Shown: positions 22,653-35,395, counted from the stretch's first letter. The stretch: 64,000 nt of DNA from Blastocladiella emersonii ATCC 22665 (GCA_025594325.1 JANHCV010000005.1:1984001-2048000), one strand, 5' to 3'. A program made the numbers and translations. The notes: generated from the letters alone by a model not told the origin.

Positions 22653-24070
22653 TTAGACCATGGAGACGAAGCCGCGGTCCTCCTCCTTCTTGGCGAGCAG
22701 GAACATGGAGTAGGCGGGGTCCTCGGTGACCTCGCGGTCGAACTCGACAAAGGGCGGCAGGAGGCTGCGCAGCTTCATGGACTCCTGGAGCTCGACGACC
22801 ATCTGGTTGGCGGCGTCGCCGGCCTGGGCGGCGAGCATGGTGCTGGACTGCGAGTCGACGCGCACGCGGTGCTCGGGGATGTAGGCCTCCATGAGGACGA
22901 GCCCCGGGTTGGGCGACTGGAACACGTCGAGCTGGTAGTAGCAGTTCTGGTAAAGAAAACAGCGGCGCGTCTTGACGACCGGGTGGCGCGTCGGGTCCGT
23001 CTGCGTCTTGAGCGCGTCGTACTCGCGGCCGTTGATGGACCGGCGCTCCTCGACGCGCTGGCCGTCGGCCAGGGTGCGGCGCGTGGTCAGGTTGTAGTGG
23101 CACGTGCCCGACTCGTCGAACCGCTTGCGCATGCGCACCTGCGACCCGTCGGGCGTCGGGTTGAGGTACCGGTGCTCGACCGTGAAGTCGCGGTACACGA
23201 CGGGGAACGGCGCCGCGAGGTCAAAGTTCTTGACCAGCATCTAGAGAGATTGGGAGCCAGAGGTTAGCGAGGTATCGAGTGACCGACGGTCGTGACAGAG
23301 CCGTGCCTTGTGCTTGCGGATACCCTTGCCCCAGCGCTTGTCGACGTGGCCCATGCGGTTGAGAACGGCCTCGATGACGCGGTGGCACTTCTTGTCGAAT
23401 CCAGTCGAGTTGTCGACGAGGAAGAAGTGCGGATGGCCGATCCAGGCGGCCTTGACGAGCTGGTCGAGCTTGCGGGCGAGCTCGGTGCCCTCGGAGCGTG
23501 TGGCATTGTTCTCGTTGCCGTAGAAGGCCTCAGCGCCGTCGGCGGCCGTGACGAGATGCACAACCATGTCGTAGCGCGAGTCGCGGATGTCGACCTCGCG
23601 GAGCTGCAGCTTGTCGAGGATCTTCATCCACGACGGCCGGTCAATGTACGCCGACGGGTCCATGGTGCCGCGGTCGCACAGAACAACGGTCTTGCGGCCG
23701 TGGTTCTTGAAGTTGGACTTGGCGAGGTCGATGTAGGTCTGCTCGATGGTCATCATGGTCCGCAGCAAGTTCTCTTGGAAGTTGAACTGCTGCTCCTCGT
23801 CGAGCTCCGAAAAGAGCACTCCACAGCCAAGGAGGATGGTGGCCGTCTCCGGAATACGGTAGACCTTGTAACCGAGGTGGTTTTCGAGCACGTCCGAGAG
23901 CATGGCCTGGACAGTCGACTATGGGTGCGGCCACACTAGCGTCAGATCGGATCGGCGGGCGGAACGGGTGTGTAGACGGTGGTGCCGACCTTGCCACCAC
24001 TGGGGCCGCCGGTCAGGGCGACGACGAAGACGCCGTTCTCCTCGACGACCTGGGGGCTGAGAGTGGCCAT
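22653..24070 (-). CDS. TTD14: AAA_28 P-loop plus CYTH-like protein (TTD14-like)
   Basis: VALTGGPSGGK|ST with Walker A split by an intron; PETATILL, VLCDRGTMD; CYTH-like C-terminus (VRMRKR, KTRRCFLY..YYQLDVF). Confidence 0.85.
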
Positions 24071-24349
24071 GGTGCTGCGAGTAGGCCTGGTGCCGCGCGA
24101 TCGATCCAGACGGGACGACGAAGCGTTGCCGTTGTCGTTTACGTGGGCTACGTGGAGGCTAAGCCTAGGGCGCTTGGCCAGAAGGGGGAGAGAAGGGACC
24201 GGGGCGCCGACGCCGATCGCGGTGGCGTCGCGGGGCCAGGTTGAGACAGTCACGTGCGCCGTCGCCACCTGCTTCACGACTTTGGCCCCACGTCCTTACC
24301 TCCTCTGCTCCTCCCTATGTCGCCAACCTCGAGGGACTCGAAGACTTGA

Positions 24350-25180
24350 TGAAACGAATGAATTGACTGCTGAGGCGGCTGCCCTATGGCTTTGGACGTC
24401 TTCGCCCGGACAACTTGCCTCGGTCGCTTGCGCGGATCTAGAGGATTGCTTACGGCCGCCTTCGGCCTTCGTGGTTCGACGTTTCTGTCGGGTTGGAGCT
24501 TGGAAGATGAGAACCTGGCGCTGCTCGGGATGGCGATGACGGCAGCAAGTCGTGGAGCCGCCCTTCGGTCCCGGCGGCAGTCGCGCCCGCAGTCGACCTG
24601 TTCTGCGGCCGGACCGTCTGAGGCACTTGGTCGACTGGCCCAGAACCTCGCTGTAGCACAAGCTCTTGGTCAGGAGCACGACGGTCCCGCTGCTGCCCTG
24701 CACCGACCCGACCGCGCTCGTCCTCGAGTCTGCCGAACCATACTCCCGCGACGCAGGCGTCTGTGCGATGCGGCACCCGGTGCTAGTTTATTCACGAGGA
24801 CGGTGTCGTTGGACGCGCTTGAGAACCCTCGCAGCACTCCCCGCGAGCAACCGGTTCGCCGCATCACATACCCGGGCTGCTCGAGCTGGATCACGTAGCC
24901 TCGCGGGCAGGACAACTACGAGCACGACTAGGTCTTGAGACGGTTATCGCTCTCTACGGCGACAGTCTTCTGTGTGTGCTCGGACCACGCGACGCTGCCG
25001 CTTCCCGCGTAAATCTCTGTCGCTTCTCAAGTTGACCAAGAACCGCGGCCTCACAGAATGCCTCCCTTCATCGGCTGGCTTGCACCGTCGACGGTATCGT
25101 GTCGCTCAAGAGCCAGCTCGATTGCGAGGCCAATCATTGATAGCGCGAATGGCTATCGCTGGTCGCGGACCCCTCTCTCC
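24350..25180 (+). pseudogene. Degenerate coding relic of unknown family
   Basis: Short protein-like stretches (ALGRLAQNLAVAQAL; LLELDHVASRAGQLRARLGLETVIALYG; LHRLACTVDGIVSLKSQL) broken by stops and frame changes; lower GC. Confidence 0.3.
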
Positions 25181-25335
25181 CATCGTTGCGTCGGCCGGAC
25201 CCTCACTCGGTGGCCGAAGCACTCGGTTACCAGGTCTAAACTTTGTTCTCGTCACGTCCAGCTCTGTACAATGACGGGCCTTTGCCCTCCTGTATATACC
25301 AGTCTTCCTTTCTTTATAAACAAGCCCACGCACAC

Positions 25336-27330
25336 CTACGGCAAGGCCGGTGACGGGAGCGCGACGTGGAACCGCTGCTCGTCGAGCTGGTGTCCGTCCT
25401 TGAACATGCGCTCCATGACGGCGTCCACCTCGTTGAAGGCGCGGACGCGGCGGGCCTGCGGACCGTCGGCGGCCTGGTTATCGAGCCTGCGGTCGTTGAG
25501 GCGAGCGACGCGGTGGGCGACCTGCGACAGGTACATGGCCTTTTCCTTGGACTCGGTCATGGTGAACCGCTGGCTGTCGAGGGCCGGGGTGCCGCGGGCG
25601 AGGCGCGAGAGCTCGGTGGCGAGGTGGTCGAGCTCGCGCACGCGGCGCGGGGTCGCGTCCTGGTCGTGCATGCGGCCGACACGGGCCAGACGGTCGGCGG
25701 CGGCGGCGAGGCGCGCGAGCTCGACGCGGCGCACGGTCGCGTCGGACATGGTGGCGCGCTGGTTGGCCATGGAGCGCGACGCGGCCGAGTCGATGAGGGC
25801 GGTCATGAGAGCCTGCTGCTCGTCGGCGGTGGAGGCGGCGCGCTGGTTGTCGAGGCGGCCACGCGTCAAGCGGGCAATGTGCGAGGCGGTGGCGGCCTGG
25901 TCCATGGCGTCGCGCTTGGCGGGCGACAGGTGGGTGGTCTGGTCTTCGAGGCGGCCGCGGCGCTGCAGGCGGTCAATGACGGCGAGGACGCGGTCGAGGT
26001 CGTCGGTTGTCGCGGCGGGGGCGGCGACAGCGGGTGGCGCGGCGCGCGACTTGGCGTCGAGGGCATGTTTCGCGTTGTGCGAGGCGAGGAGATGCTTGGC
26101 GTCGCCCGACGAGGCGAGGGTGTCGAGGCTCTCGTGGTAGCCCGGTGGTGGGTGATCGAGCGAGAAGGAGGGCGGGGCCGAGGCGCGGAGGGCCTCGGAG
26201 AAGGCGCTGCCGTTGCTCGAGGGACGCGCGGCGTCGAGGAGGTGGGGCGGGTGGAGCGGCGACGAGGGGTGCGAGAGGTTCTCCGAGTCGGTCGTCAGCG
26301 CGGGGAGCGGACGGCCGCGGCGGGCCTCGGCGAGGACGGCGACGGTGCCCATGGCGGACTCGACGTGGGCCCACTGCTCGGGGGTGGGCTCGGTCGGGTT
26401 CTCGAGCAGCAGGTAGACGTCGTCGAGGAGCGAGGCGAGGGCGGAGGCGAGGGCCGTGTCGGGGACGAGCGGAGCCGCCGGTGCGGGCGGCTTCACGGCC
26501 ACTGAGGTTGCGGACGCGCAGCCCTCGTCGTCGCGGTCGGCGCGCGGGTTGACGAGGGCAGCGGCTGACGAGGTGGTGGAGGGCGAGGCGAGGGCGAGCT
26601 CGGGCGGGTACTGAGCAGGGTTGGACAGGGAGCGTATCCGGGTGCGCAGCGAGCTCATCATGCCGCCGCCGGGACTCGCGGGTGCGGCGGTCGCGGTTGG
26701 GTAAGCGAGCGTCGGGGGCGGCTGGGCGAGGGCGGGCGGATCAAAGGGGAGCGAGGAGGGTGCGGCGGGTGGGGGCGCGTACTCCTGGGCCAGGGCAGCG
26801 GACGGGAGCACGCCAATGGAGCGGCGACGCAGGAGGGCGGCAGCGGCAGCAGCGTCGCCGGTGCTCCCGCGGCGCAGCGTCGACAGCAGGTTGCGGGCAG
26901 CGGCGGTGGCCGAGCCTCGTCGCACGTCGGCGCCGGGGGTGTGGGCGGGCGGCGGCGGGGCAGCGGCGAGTAGCGCCTCGGCCGAGAGCGCGGGGGCGAG
27001 ATGCGAGGCGGGCGCGGGCGGCGGGGGCGAGGGCGGGAGGTCGAAGCACGCGGCAATGGCGGAGGTGGGCGGCGAGACGGTGCCGGCGCGCGAGGCGTCG
27101 GCAGTACGGGCCTCGCCGACGATGCGGCAGACGAGCGAGGCAAAGGCGTCGAGCGAGGCGTCGCGCAGGGCGTGCAGCTCGGCGCGGTCGACGGCGGACG
27201 GGACGCCGGCGGCCAGCGAGGTGGAGGCGGTGGTCTCGTCCGAGGCGTCCTCCTCCGTGTCCGAGACGTGTGCGGGTGGCGCGTCGCGGACGGCGGCGCG
27301 GGAGCGGCGCGGCATCATCTGCTCGGCCAT
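25336..27330 (-). CDS. Low-complexity protein with seven C-terminal (R)-[LM]-x-x-Q-(R) repeats, GoLoco-like
   Basis: Uninterrupted 664-aa ORF from MAEQMM; repeats RLEDQT, RLDNQR, SMANQR, RMHDQD, ALDSQR, RLDNQA, QLDEQR at ~30-aa spacing. Confidence 0.7.
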   Translation of the reverse strand: MAEQMMPRRSRAAVRDAPPAHVSDTEEDASDETTASTSLAAGVPSAVDRAELHALRDASLDAFASLVCRIVGEARTADASRAGTVSPPTSAIAACFDLPPSPPPPAPASHLAPALSAEALLAAAPPPPAHTPGADVRRGSATAAARNLLSTLRRGSTGDAAAAAALLRRRSIGVLPSAALAQEYAPPPAAPSSLPFDPPALAQPPPTLAYPTATAAPASPGGGMMSSLRTRIRSLSNPAQYPPELALASPSTTSSAAALVNPRADRDDEGCASATSVAVKPPAPAAPLVPDTALASALASLLDDVYLLLENPTEPTPEQWAHVESAMGTVAVLAEARRGRPLPALTTDSENLSHPSSPLHPPHLLDAARPSSNGSAFSEALRASAPPSFSLDHPPPGYHESLDTLASSGDAKHLLASHNAKHALDAKSRAAPPAVAAPAATTDDLDRVLAVIDRLQRRGRLEDQTTHLSPAKRDAMDQAATASHIARLTRGRLDNQRAASTADEQQALMTALIDSAASRSMANQRATMSDATVRRVELARLAAAADRLARVGRMHDQDATPRRVRELDHLATELSRLARGTPALDSQRFTMTESKEKAMYLSQVAHRVARLNDRRLDNQAADGPQARRVRAFNEVDAVMERMFKDGHQLDEQRFHVALPSPALP

Positions 27331-27684
27331 GGCGACGGGCAGCAGCGGCGGCGGCAGAGTCGGAGCGCGGGACGGAACGTCGGGAGGGGCGGGTTGCGTG
27401 CGGCAGTCGGCCGGGAGTCTCGGTGCGTAGCGGGAGCGGTTGCGGGCAGTGCTGGAGTGCTTGCGGGGAGGCCTGCCCGGAAGGCGGCCGCCACCGGAGA
27501 AGAAACGCGCGCGCCGCCCCCCTGCTCGCCGGCTGCACGCCGCGCGTGACCGGCGTGACCGCGCCCCGCCCGCGTCGCGCCACGCGTCGCTTCTCCTCGC
27601 CCTCCGCCCTCCCATCTCTTGTCCTCGCCCGCGACCGCATGCGACGGCACCCCATGCACTCGATCCAGTAAACCAACCCCCAAC

Positions 27685-29462
27685 ATGATGTCCACGGGCC
27701 GCTCCGGCTCGGTCCTCGGGTCAACCATGACGAGCGCCACCGCCGCCGCGCTCGGGTCCTCGGCCGCCATGGGCCAGGGCGCCGCTGGCATGCTCGGCGC
27801 GGGCAACGGGTCTGGCGCCTACGCCCGCACCACCGCCCCGCTCAAGGCCCAGCCGCTCATCCTCTTTGACGTGCTCAAGCGCGAGCCCTACTCGCCCAGC
27901 ACCTCGCTCAAGGCCATGCAGCGCCGCCTGCGCCAGTCCTTTAAGATTGCCCTGTGCGTTTTCTCCTCGCTTGCCTCCTTCTACGCCGGCAATCCTCACC
28001 GCATCTCCCCCTGAACAGCAACAAGGACGAGATCAGCCTTAACCGCATCTTCGAGGCCTCGCTCCTCGTCTTCTGCGGGCCGAGGGAAAAGTTCTCCACC
28101 AGCGAGTTCTCCGCCCTCAAGTCCTACCTCGACATTGGCGGCTCCATCCTCTACCTCGTCGGCGAGGGCGGTGAGGCCGCCTCGGGCACCAACTTCAACT
28201 ACCTGCTTGAAGAGTACGGCATGTCCGTCAACTCCGGTACGCACCCTCGCCTCGCCTCGCCCCGCCTCGCCGCACCGCCACCTACCCCCCTAACCTCCGT
28301 CCAACAACAGACTCGGTCGTCCGAACCTCCTACTACAAGTACTTCCACCCAAAGGAGGCACACGTCGCCAACGGCGTCCTCAACCGCGAGCTCACCCGCG
28401 TCGCCCTGCAGTCCTCGTGCAACTCCGCCACGCCCGCTTCGAAGCCCTCGACCGCCTCGAGCCCAACAGCTGCCGCCGCGGCCGCTGCCGCCTCTGAAGG
28501 GTACTTGCGCTCGATTCCATGACCGCGATCTCCGAGCTGACTCTCCTCGCCGTCCAGGTCACTCTCCTTTGTCTACCCGTTCGGCGCCACCATCAACGTC
28601 CAAAAACCCAGCGTCCCCATTCTCAGCTCGGGCTCTGCCTCCTACCCCGTCAACCGCCCCATTGGCGGCGTCTACTCGCATCCCGTACGCGTGTGCCCGC
28701 TACGTCCATCGATCCTCACACTGACCCGCCTCGCAACAACAGAACGGCAAGGGCAAGCTCGCCGTCGTCGCCTCCATCGACATGTTCGCCGACACGTACA
28801 TTGACAAGGAGGACAACGCCAAGCTGTTCCACGTCCTCGTCGACTGGCTGACCTCGGACCGCGTGCACCTCAACCCGATCGACGCCAACGAGCCCGAGAT
28901 CACCGACTACCACTACCTGCCCGACATCACCTCGCTCTCCTCGCACCCGCGCGCCTGCCTGCAGGACACCGAGGACCTGCCGCGCGACTTTACCCGCCTC
29001 TTCGACCACGCCCTCTTCGGCCTCGACCTCTCGCTCGTCCCCGCCGCCCTCACCGCCACCACCGACCTGCGCCTCAAGCACGAGCCATTGACCCTCATCT
29101 CGCCGCAGTTCGAGTCGCCGCTCCCTGCCCTCACCCCCGCCGTCTTCCCGCCCATGCTGCGCGAGCTCCCGCCGCCGCCGCTCGAGCTCTTTGACCTCGA
29201 CGCCCACCTCGCCCCGCCCGCTGCCCGGCTCGCCCAGCTCGCGGCAAAGTGCTCCGACGACGACCTCGAGTACTACCTCCGCGAGGCCGGCGCTATCCTC
29301 GGCGTCCCGTCCTCGACCACTGCGTCGTCGTCGCGGGGAACTGGCGGCAAGGACGCGGCGGCAGCAGCAGCCGAGGTTGGCCCGGCTGCCGCGCGCCGCG
29401 TCCTCGATGTGGCCCTGCGCCAGCTGATTTCGTGGAAGAAGCTCAACCACGGCGCCATGTGA
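27685..29462 (+). CDS. IFT52: Intraflagellar transport protein 52
   Basis: ILFDVLKRE, GPREKFSTSEF, GEGGE...NFNYLLEEYG, YFHPKE, EPEITDYHYLPD, KHEPLTLISPQFESPLPALTPAVFPP. Confidence 0.95.
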
Positions 29463-29533
29463 GGGCTCATCTCAAATACACTCTTTGATCCAACAGACAT
29501 ATGTACACTGGCGCGTCGGAAGCGCCGAAAGAA

Positions 29534-31265
29534 TCACACAAACTTCCACCCCGAGCAGTCACGGCACTCGGCCTGCGGCGTGCACTGTGGCACCGTCGGC
29601 CACGCCGAGATCACGTAGTCGATCACCTCATGGATCCGGTGGTGCCGGATGTCCACGCCCCACCCGAGCCGCGGCGTCTCGTCAATCGGCTGCGTCGGCG
29701 TCGGTTCTGGGGCTGGCGCGGGCGGCGTCGTGGTGGGTTCGCTACCGGACGGCGGGGTCGTGGTCGAGTTGCCGCTGCCCCATCCCGGCCACCACTTAAC
29801 CTCCGCGTCGTCGTCGGCGGGCGGGCGCGGCGGTGCCTCAACCACTCTAACAGCCGCCGCGTCGTCGCCCGCGTCCTCGCCGTCGAGCGCCTCGCGCACC
29901 GCGTACGTGCACACACGACCGAGGTGGCACTTGGTCTCCATGGCGTACCCGGCAAAGTAGCACGACGAGCGCGGGCCGCGGCACCGGCCAATGAAGATCG
30001 GGTCGGCGTTGTGGCCAAAGTGGTAGATGGGCAGGTGCGCCGTGTCCTCGGCAAACAACCCAATGAGCCCGAGCCGCTCGGCGAAGAGCCGCTCGCCCGG
30101 CGCCTCGAAGGTGACGGCGGCGGTGCGGTACGTGGTGGCGAGGAGCGACGACAGCGCGCCGCCGAGCGAGTGGCCCGTCAGCCAGATGGTCGCGTTCGGG
30201 TACAGGAGCGACGTGGCCTTGTACAGGTCCTAGCGCGGGTTTGCGTGGTGAGTGCACGCCGTGCGTAGTCGCGCGGTCAGGCTCGCGTACCTGCCCAGCC
30301 GCGTAGTATGACGACTCGTAGCTGGTCGCGTTCCTGAGGCACGCGGCGTCGCACTGCGACGACCCGCGGAAGCAGTCGCACACGGTGCGCCAGGTGCGGT
30401 CGACGTGGGCGCAGCAGCACGAGAACATGCGGTTGTCCTGGAGGAGGTGGGTGCAATCGATGAGACTTTGCGGCGGGGCGAGAGGGTGGGGTTACGTACG
30501 TTAAGCTTGTCCTTGGGCGCCGTGTCGCCGCCGATCCCGAGAAACACGGCGGTGGTGCCCTTGATGTCGATGATGGCGAGGTCCTGCTGCGCGTTGGCGT
30601 AGACGTAGCCGCGGAGCCCGTCGTCGGTCCAGCCGAACGACTCGTTCTATATCCCGGAGAGTGAGTTTCTGGCGAGGCGGGAGGCGTGCAAGAGCAAGGC
30701 GTACCGTGAAAAAGTGATCGAGCGGCTCCCAGTCGCCGTTGGTCGGCAGCGTGTAGGCGTTGGCGGTCATCTTGGCGAAGGCGAGGACCGTGTCCTTATC
30801 GGTCACGTCGGGTGCTGGGATGGCCGCGTCGTCGTCGGCTGCGGACACCGCCGAGTCGTCTCCGGAAGCGAAGAACGAGTCGGAGGACGACTGGTAGAGC
30901 GCTTGTCCGCTCAGCGGGGACACTGGCGCGGGCGGGGATGTGCGAATCTCAAACGACGAGTCGGCCCACGCCGATGCGGAGCCTGACGACCGGTCGAGCG
31001 CGTAAACCCCGCCGACGGGCCGGGCTGGTGGGTCGGGCCGGCCGCGGCCGCGCGCGTGCGCAGCAGCCGAGAGCGCGTCGATGGTCTCGGGCGGAGCCAT
31101 GGGGCGGTGGAGGACCTGGGCGAGCCGGAGCGTGTGCGTTGCTTCGGCGTCTGGTGCCTCGTAGCGGCGGGATGCAGCGCCGCTGGGAGCCGGCAGGCAG
31201 GCGAGGAGCAGGGCGCACAGCGCGGCCAGCGGGAGGGCGGCGCGCAAGCGGGCGGCGGGTGGCAT
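29534..31265 (-). CDS. ATG15: Autophagy lipase Atg15
   Basis: N-terminal anchor; AKMTANAY, FGWTDDGLRGYVY, IKGT, DNRMFSCCC, lipase motif TGHSLGG, FGHNADPIFIG. Confidence 0.93.
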
Positions 31266-31554
31266 GGTGTGGCGATGGGCGGGCGTGGTAGTGCGCAAGG
31301 TCGGTTCTGTATACATGAGCGGTGCGTGTAGCTGCAGTAAGAGCGGCGATGCGATGCGAGGCCGATGGGGGAGGGAAGCGCGGCCGGGCCGATGGAGGGA
31401 CCCGCCGAAGCCGACGCGTCGCCCACGTGAGCCGGTGGCCCGCCGCGTTCTCTTGTCGCGCGCCGACTCGCGCCATCGCCTCTCCCCCACGCCCATGCGA
31501 ACGGCCCCGACCCTCTCCTGCAACGTAACACGTCACACCGCACCGCACGCAACC

Positions 31555-32393
31555 ATGAGCCAGGCGCCCAAGAAGGAGGTGATCCCGCGCGCCGACTGGG
31601 AGGCGCGGCTCGAGCAGTCGGGCGTGGCCAAGGACGACCTCAACAAGCTGATTCTCAACTACCTCGTCATCGAGGGGTACAAGGACGCCGCCGAGGTCTT
31701 CTGCGAGGAGACCCACCTGGCCCCCAGCGTCAACCTCGCCTCGATCCAGGACCGCATGATGATCCGCACCGCCATCCAGGACGGCCGCGTCGACGACGCC
31801 GTCGACCGCGTCAACGACCTCGACCCGGACATTCTCGAGACCAACCCGCGCCTCTTCTTCCACCTGCAGCAGCAGAAGCTCATTGAGCTGATCCGCGCCG
31901 GCGACGTGGCTGCCGCCCTCGCCTTCGCCCAGGACGAGCTGGCCCCTCGCGGCGAGGAGAACGTGCGCTCGCTCACCCCCGTTCCTCTCCGGCTGGCCAC
32001 GCACTGACCCCTCCTTTCGTGGGTGTAGCCCGAGTTCCTCGCCGAGCTCGAGCGCACGCTGGCGCTGCTCGTGTTCGGGCAGTCGGCCGACTCGCCCGTG
32101 GCCGACCTGCTCGACATGGCGCAGCGGCTCAAGACGGCCGGCGAGATGAACGCGTCGATCCTGCTCGCCCAGTCGCAGGAGAAGGGTACCTTGAGAGTGG
32201 ATTTGAGTCGATTCCGATCACCTCTGACCTGCTCACCGCGTGCGTAGACCCCAAGCTGCCGATGCTGCTCCGGTCACTGGCATGGGCCCAGTCCACGCTC
32301 GGCGAGATGGCCGTGTTCCCGCGTATCGACGACCCCGTCTCGGGCCACCTCGTCGTCCCCGCCGAGTGCGAGGGCCCCGACATGCAGTTCTGA
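31555..32393 (+). CDS. GID8: GID/CTLH complex subunit Gid8 (LisH-CTLH-CRA)
   Basis: DLNKLILNYLVIEGYKDAAEVF, LFFHLQQQKLIELIR, FLAELERTLALL, DPKLPMLLR.L.WAQ; two introns. Confidence 0.93.
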
Positions 32394-32502
32394 CGCGTTC
32401 CGACAACTCAATGCGAGTGTAAGAGAGAAAAAAAAAAAAAGCAAAATTGATCAAGGGGGCACGTTTGGGGGCGGGTACAAGGCGTGATAGGCCATCTACC
32501 GC

Positions 32503-33547
32503 CTAGGCGCGTCGCACAAAGGTCCGACCGCTACATAAGAGAGTGGTGAGGGAGGATCAGGACGAGTAACCGCAGCGAGTACGCACCTGGCCGTCTTCTT
32601 CTCGCCGGAGGGGGCCTCGGGCTTGGCGCGGTTGAGGACCTTGAGGAAGGTGTCGACGCGGGCGCGCATGCGGCTGTGCATGTAGGCCTTGGAGCACTTG
32701 ATGTGGTAGTGGAGGTAGTCGCGGAACAGCTGGATGCGCGAGATGGTGGCGTCGCGTGTGGCCACGTCGGCGAAATGCTGCGGGAACAGGACAAAGGTCA
32801 CGTAGCCGACATTGTCACCAGCGGGGACATTGTCGAGGCCGCGCAGCTCGAGCGGCGGGTCGCGCGGCGTGTAGAGCACGCTGGGCGCGTTCATGCACGA
32901 GGGCTGGCGGCGCGCATCGACAAACTCCTGCAGGAACACCTTGGCGAACATGCGGTCCGTGTCCTCCTTGAACTGGGTGGCGAAGATGACCGTGACGCGG
33001 TCGGGCTGGGCCTGCAGGAAGATGGACTCGCCCTCGCGGAAGTTGACGGCGAGCACGGGCGACGTGGTCTTGTCGGCCTGCGCGGCAAAGGCGGTGTGGA
33101 ACGGCGCGGCCATGGCGTGGCGCTTGAGCAGCGGCACGTTGGCCAGCGCGTGGGCGGCCTTGTCGGCGTCGGCGGCGAGCGCGGCCATGTCGAGGCGCAG
33201 CGTCACGTCGTAGCCCTGCTCGGGCTCGTCAAGCAGCTGGTCGGCAAACACGGCGCGCAGCACGTCGGCGGCGCCGTACGCGGCGAGCTCGGCGTAGCAC
33301 CGCAGGGCCAGCGACACGTGCAGGACCGACTTGTCCTCGGCGGCGGTCCACACGTGGTACGACGCGCCGTCAAAGTCGGCGACGCGCAGCGAAATAGCGT
33401 CGGCGTGCTCCCTAGGGACGGGCGCGCGCCAGGGGCGTCAGCAGCAGTGGGCGGGGGAGCATGCGCGCGGAGCAGCGAGGCCTACCCGGCGATCCGCGCC
33501 TGCAGGACCTCGAGCAGGATGGCGTGGTGGTTGTCGAGCAGGATCAT
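32503..33547 (-). CDS. ARPC2: Arp2/3 complex 34-kDa subunit
   Basis: MILLDNHH, ADFDG, DRVTVIF, VFLQEFVDARR, DYLHYHIKCSKAYMHSRMR; last exon SGRTF. Confidence 0.97.
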
Positions 33548-33933
33548 GGTGCGTTCGTAGCAGCGGCTGCAGCGATGGTCAGGGTTCGGGTGCGGGGAGA
33601 ATGAGAGTCGCGGTCGGTGGCGGCCGAGGTCGGGGAGCGAGCGGTGGCGGCCGAAAAGCGACGCGAGCAGATCAGCCGCGCGTGTCACGTGCGCCGTGCC
33701 GCCGCCCTTCCCGCGCCTCGCCGCGCCGCGCACATCTGCGGCCGCGGCCGTCCCTGCCCCCGCCCCCGCAACGCACCCCGACCGGCCTCGCCCCGCCGCC
33801 CGCCACTCCCCGCAACGCAACGCTACGCAATCGCTCCGAGCCGGGCCCGCGCCGTCGACCCGACCCGACCCGCGCCCCCTCCCCGCCTGCACCCGCCTCC
33901 ACGTTGTTCCCCCTCGTCCTCCTCGCCATCTTC

Positions 33934-35237
33934 ATGTTCGCGGGCGGCTGGTTCGGCCTCGGCGCCGCCCAACCCGACGGCGCCTCGCGCAGCCGATCCA
34001 CCACCGCCTCCTCGCCCACCGCCCCGCGCCTCGCCGGCGCCCGCTCCGCCGCTGCCGCTGCCGCCGGTGGGGACGATGACCCGAACGGCGCCGACGCGCT
34101 TGACGCCGAGGGCGTGGCCGCCGGCCTGATGCTCGGCGAGGGCGGCGACCCCGCGAGCGGCGACCTGCCGCCGCCCGAGGAGTGGGACGAGTCGTCGGCC
34201 TCGTTCACGTCCGACGAGGACTCGGAGACCGCGTCCGACGACTCGCAGTTCGACCTCGACGCCGACTCGGACGACGACGAGGACGATTCCGAGGACGAGG
34301 ACCTGGCGTGGATCCCGTGGTTCACGGGCCTCAACGGCAACGAGTACCTCACCCTCGTCGCCGAGCCCTTTATCGAGGACGAGTTTAACCTCACGGGCCT
34401 CGCCGCCATGGTCCCCTACTTCCACGAGGCCCTCAACGTCATCCTCGACCGCGATACCCACGACGGCGTCGACGTGGACCTCGTCGAGTCGTCGGCCCAG
34501 CTCCTCTACATGCTGATCCACGCCCGCTTCATTGCCACCAAGCAGGGCCTGCAGAGCATGGTGCGCTCTTGTTGAGCTCGTCCCTCTCTCTGTGAGCACC
34601 CGGACTAACCACTCGCCCCGATCCCACTCCACTCCAGCTCAACAAGCTCGAGAACCGCGAATTCGGCACATGTCCGCGCACCTTCTGCTACAACTACCCG
34701 CTCCTCCCGCTCGGCGAGTACGACCACCCGGGCATGGGCAACGTCAAGCTCTACTGCCACTCGTGCCACGACATGTACAACGTCCCGAGCACCCGCCTCG
34801 GCCGCCTCGACGGCGCCGCCTTCGGCTCCACCTTCCCGCACCTCCTCTTCACCACCTACCCGGACCTGCACTCCCACATCCTCGGCCTCACCCGCGACCC
34901 CGGCCCGCTCCAGGTCGCCTACGTGCCGCGCATCTTCGGCTTCCGCGTCTCCGAGGCCGCCGACTCGCCCGACGCGCCCCGCATGGGCTGGCTGCGCCAC
35001 GTCCCCGGCCTCAACCTGCGCACCGGCTTTGTCCGGGAACCGTCCCCACCCCCCGCCGACTCGGACGCGGCCGCCGATCCGCTCTCGGGCGACAGCGACC
35101 GCGGGGACGGCGACCGCGGCGTGTCCGAATCCAATCGGACCGCGGACCCGCTCGACGACACGCTCCGCGCCTCCGCCGCCGCACCGACCCCGACCTCGGC
35201 CGCGGGATCGCCCACTGCTCCAAAATCATTGGCATAA
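33934..35237 (+). CDS. CKB1: Casein kinase II regulatory beta subunit
   Basis: WIPWF...NEYL...FIEDEFNLTGL, LYMLIHARFI, FGTCPR..C, VKLYCHSC.D.Y, DGAAFGSTFPHL. Confidence 0.95.
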
Positions 35238-35395
35238 CATTATATCGTAACGATTTATCCATTCCCGCGCTATTCGTGACTCAAAACGCGGTCGCGTGAC
35301 CCTCGCGCCGCGAGCGTCCCGTCCCTTTTTGCTCCTGCTCGTCTCACACCCACCGTCCCGCACTTCACCTCTTGCCAAACATCACGCACCCCGCC

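Noticed and set aside
32427-32440. Poly(A) run as a retroposon tail
   Set aside because: Lies in a short gap between the convergent GID8 and ARPC2 genes with no element body or TSD; probably a 3'-end tract
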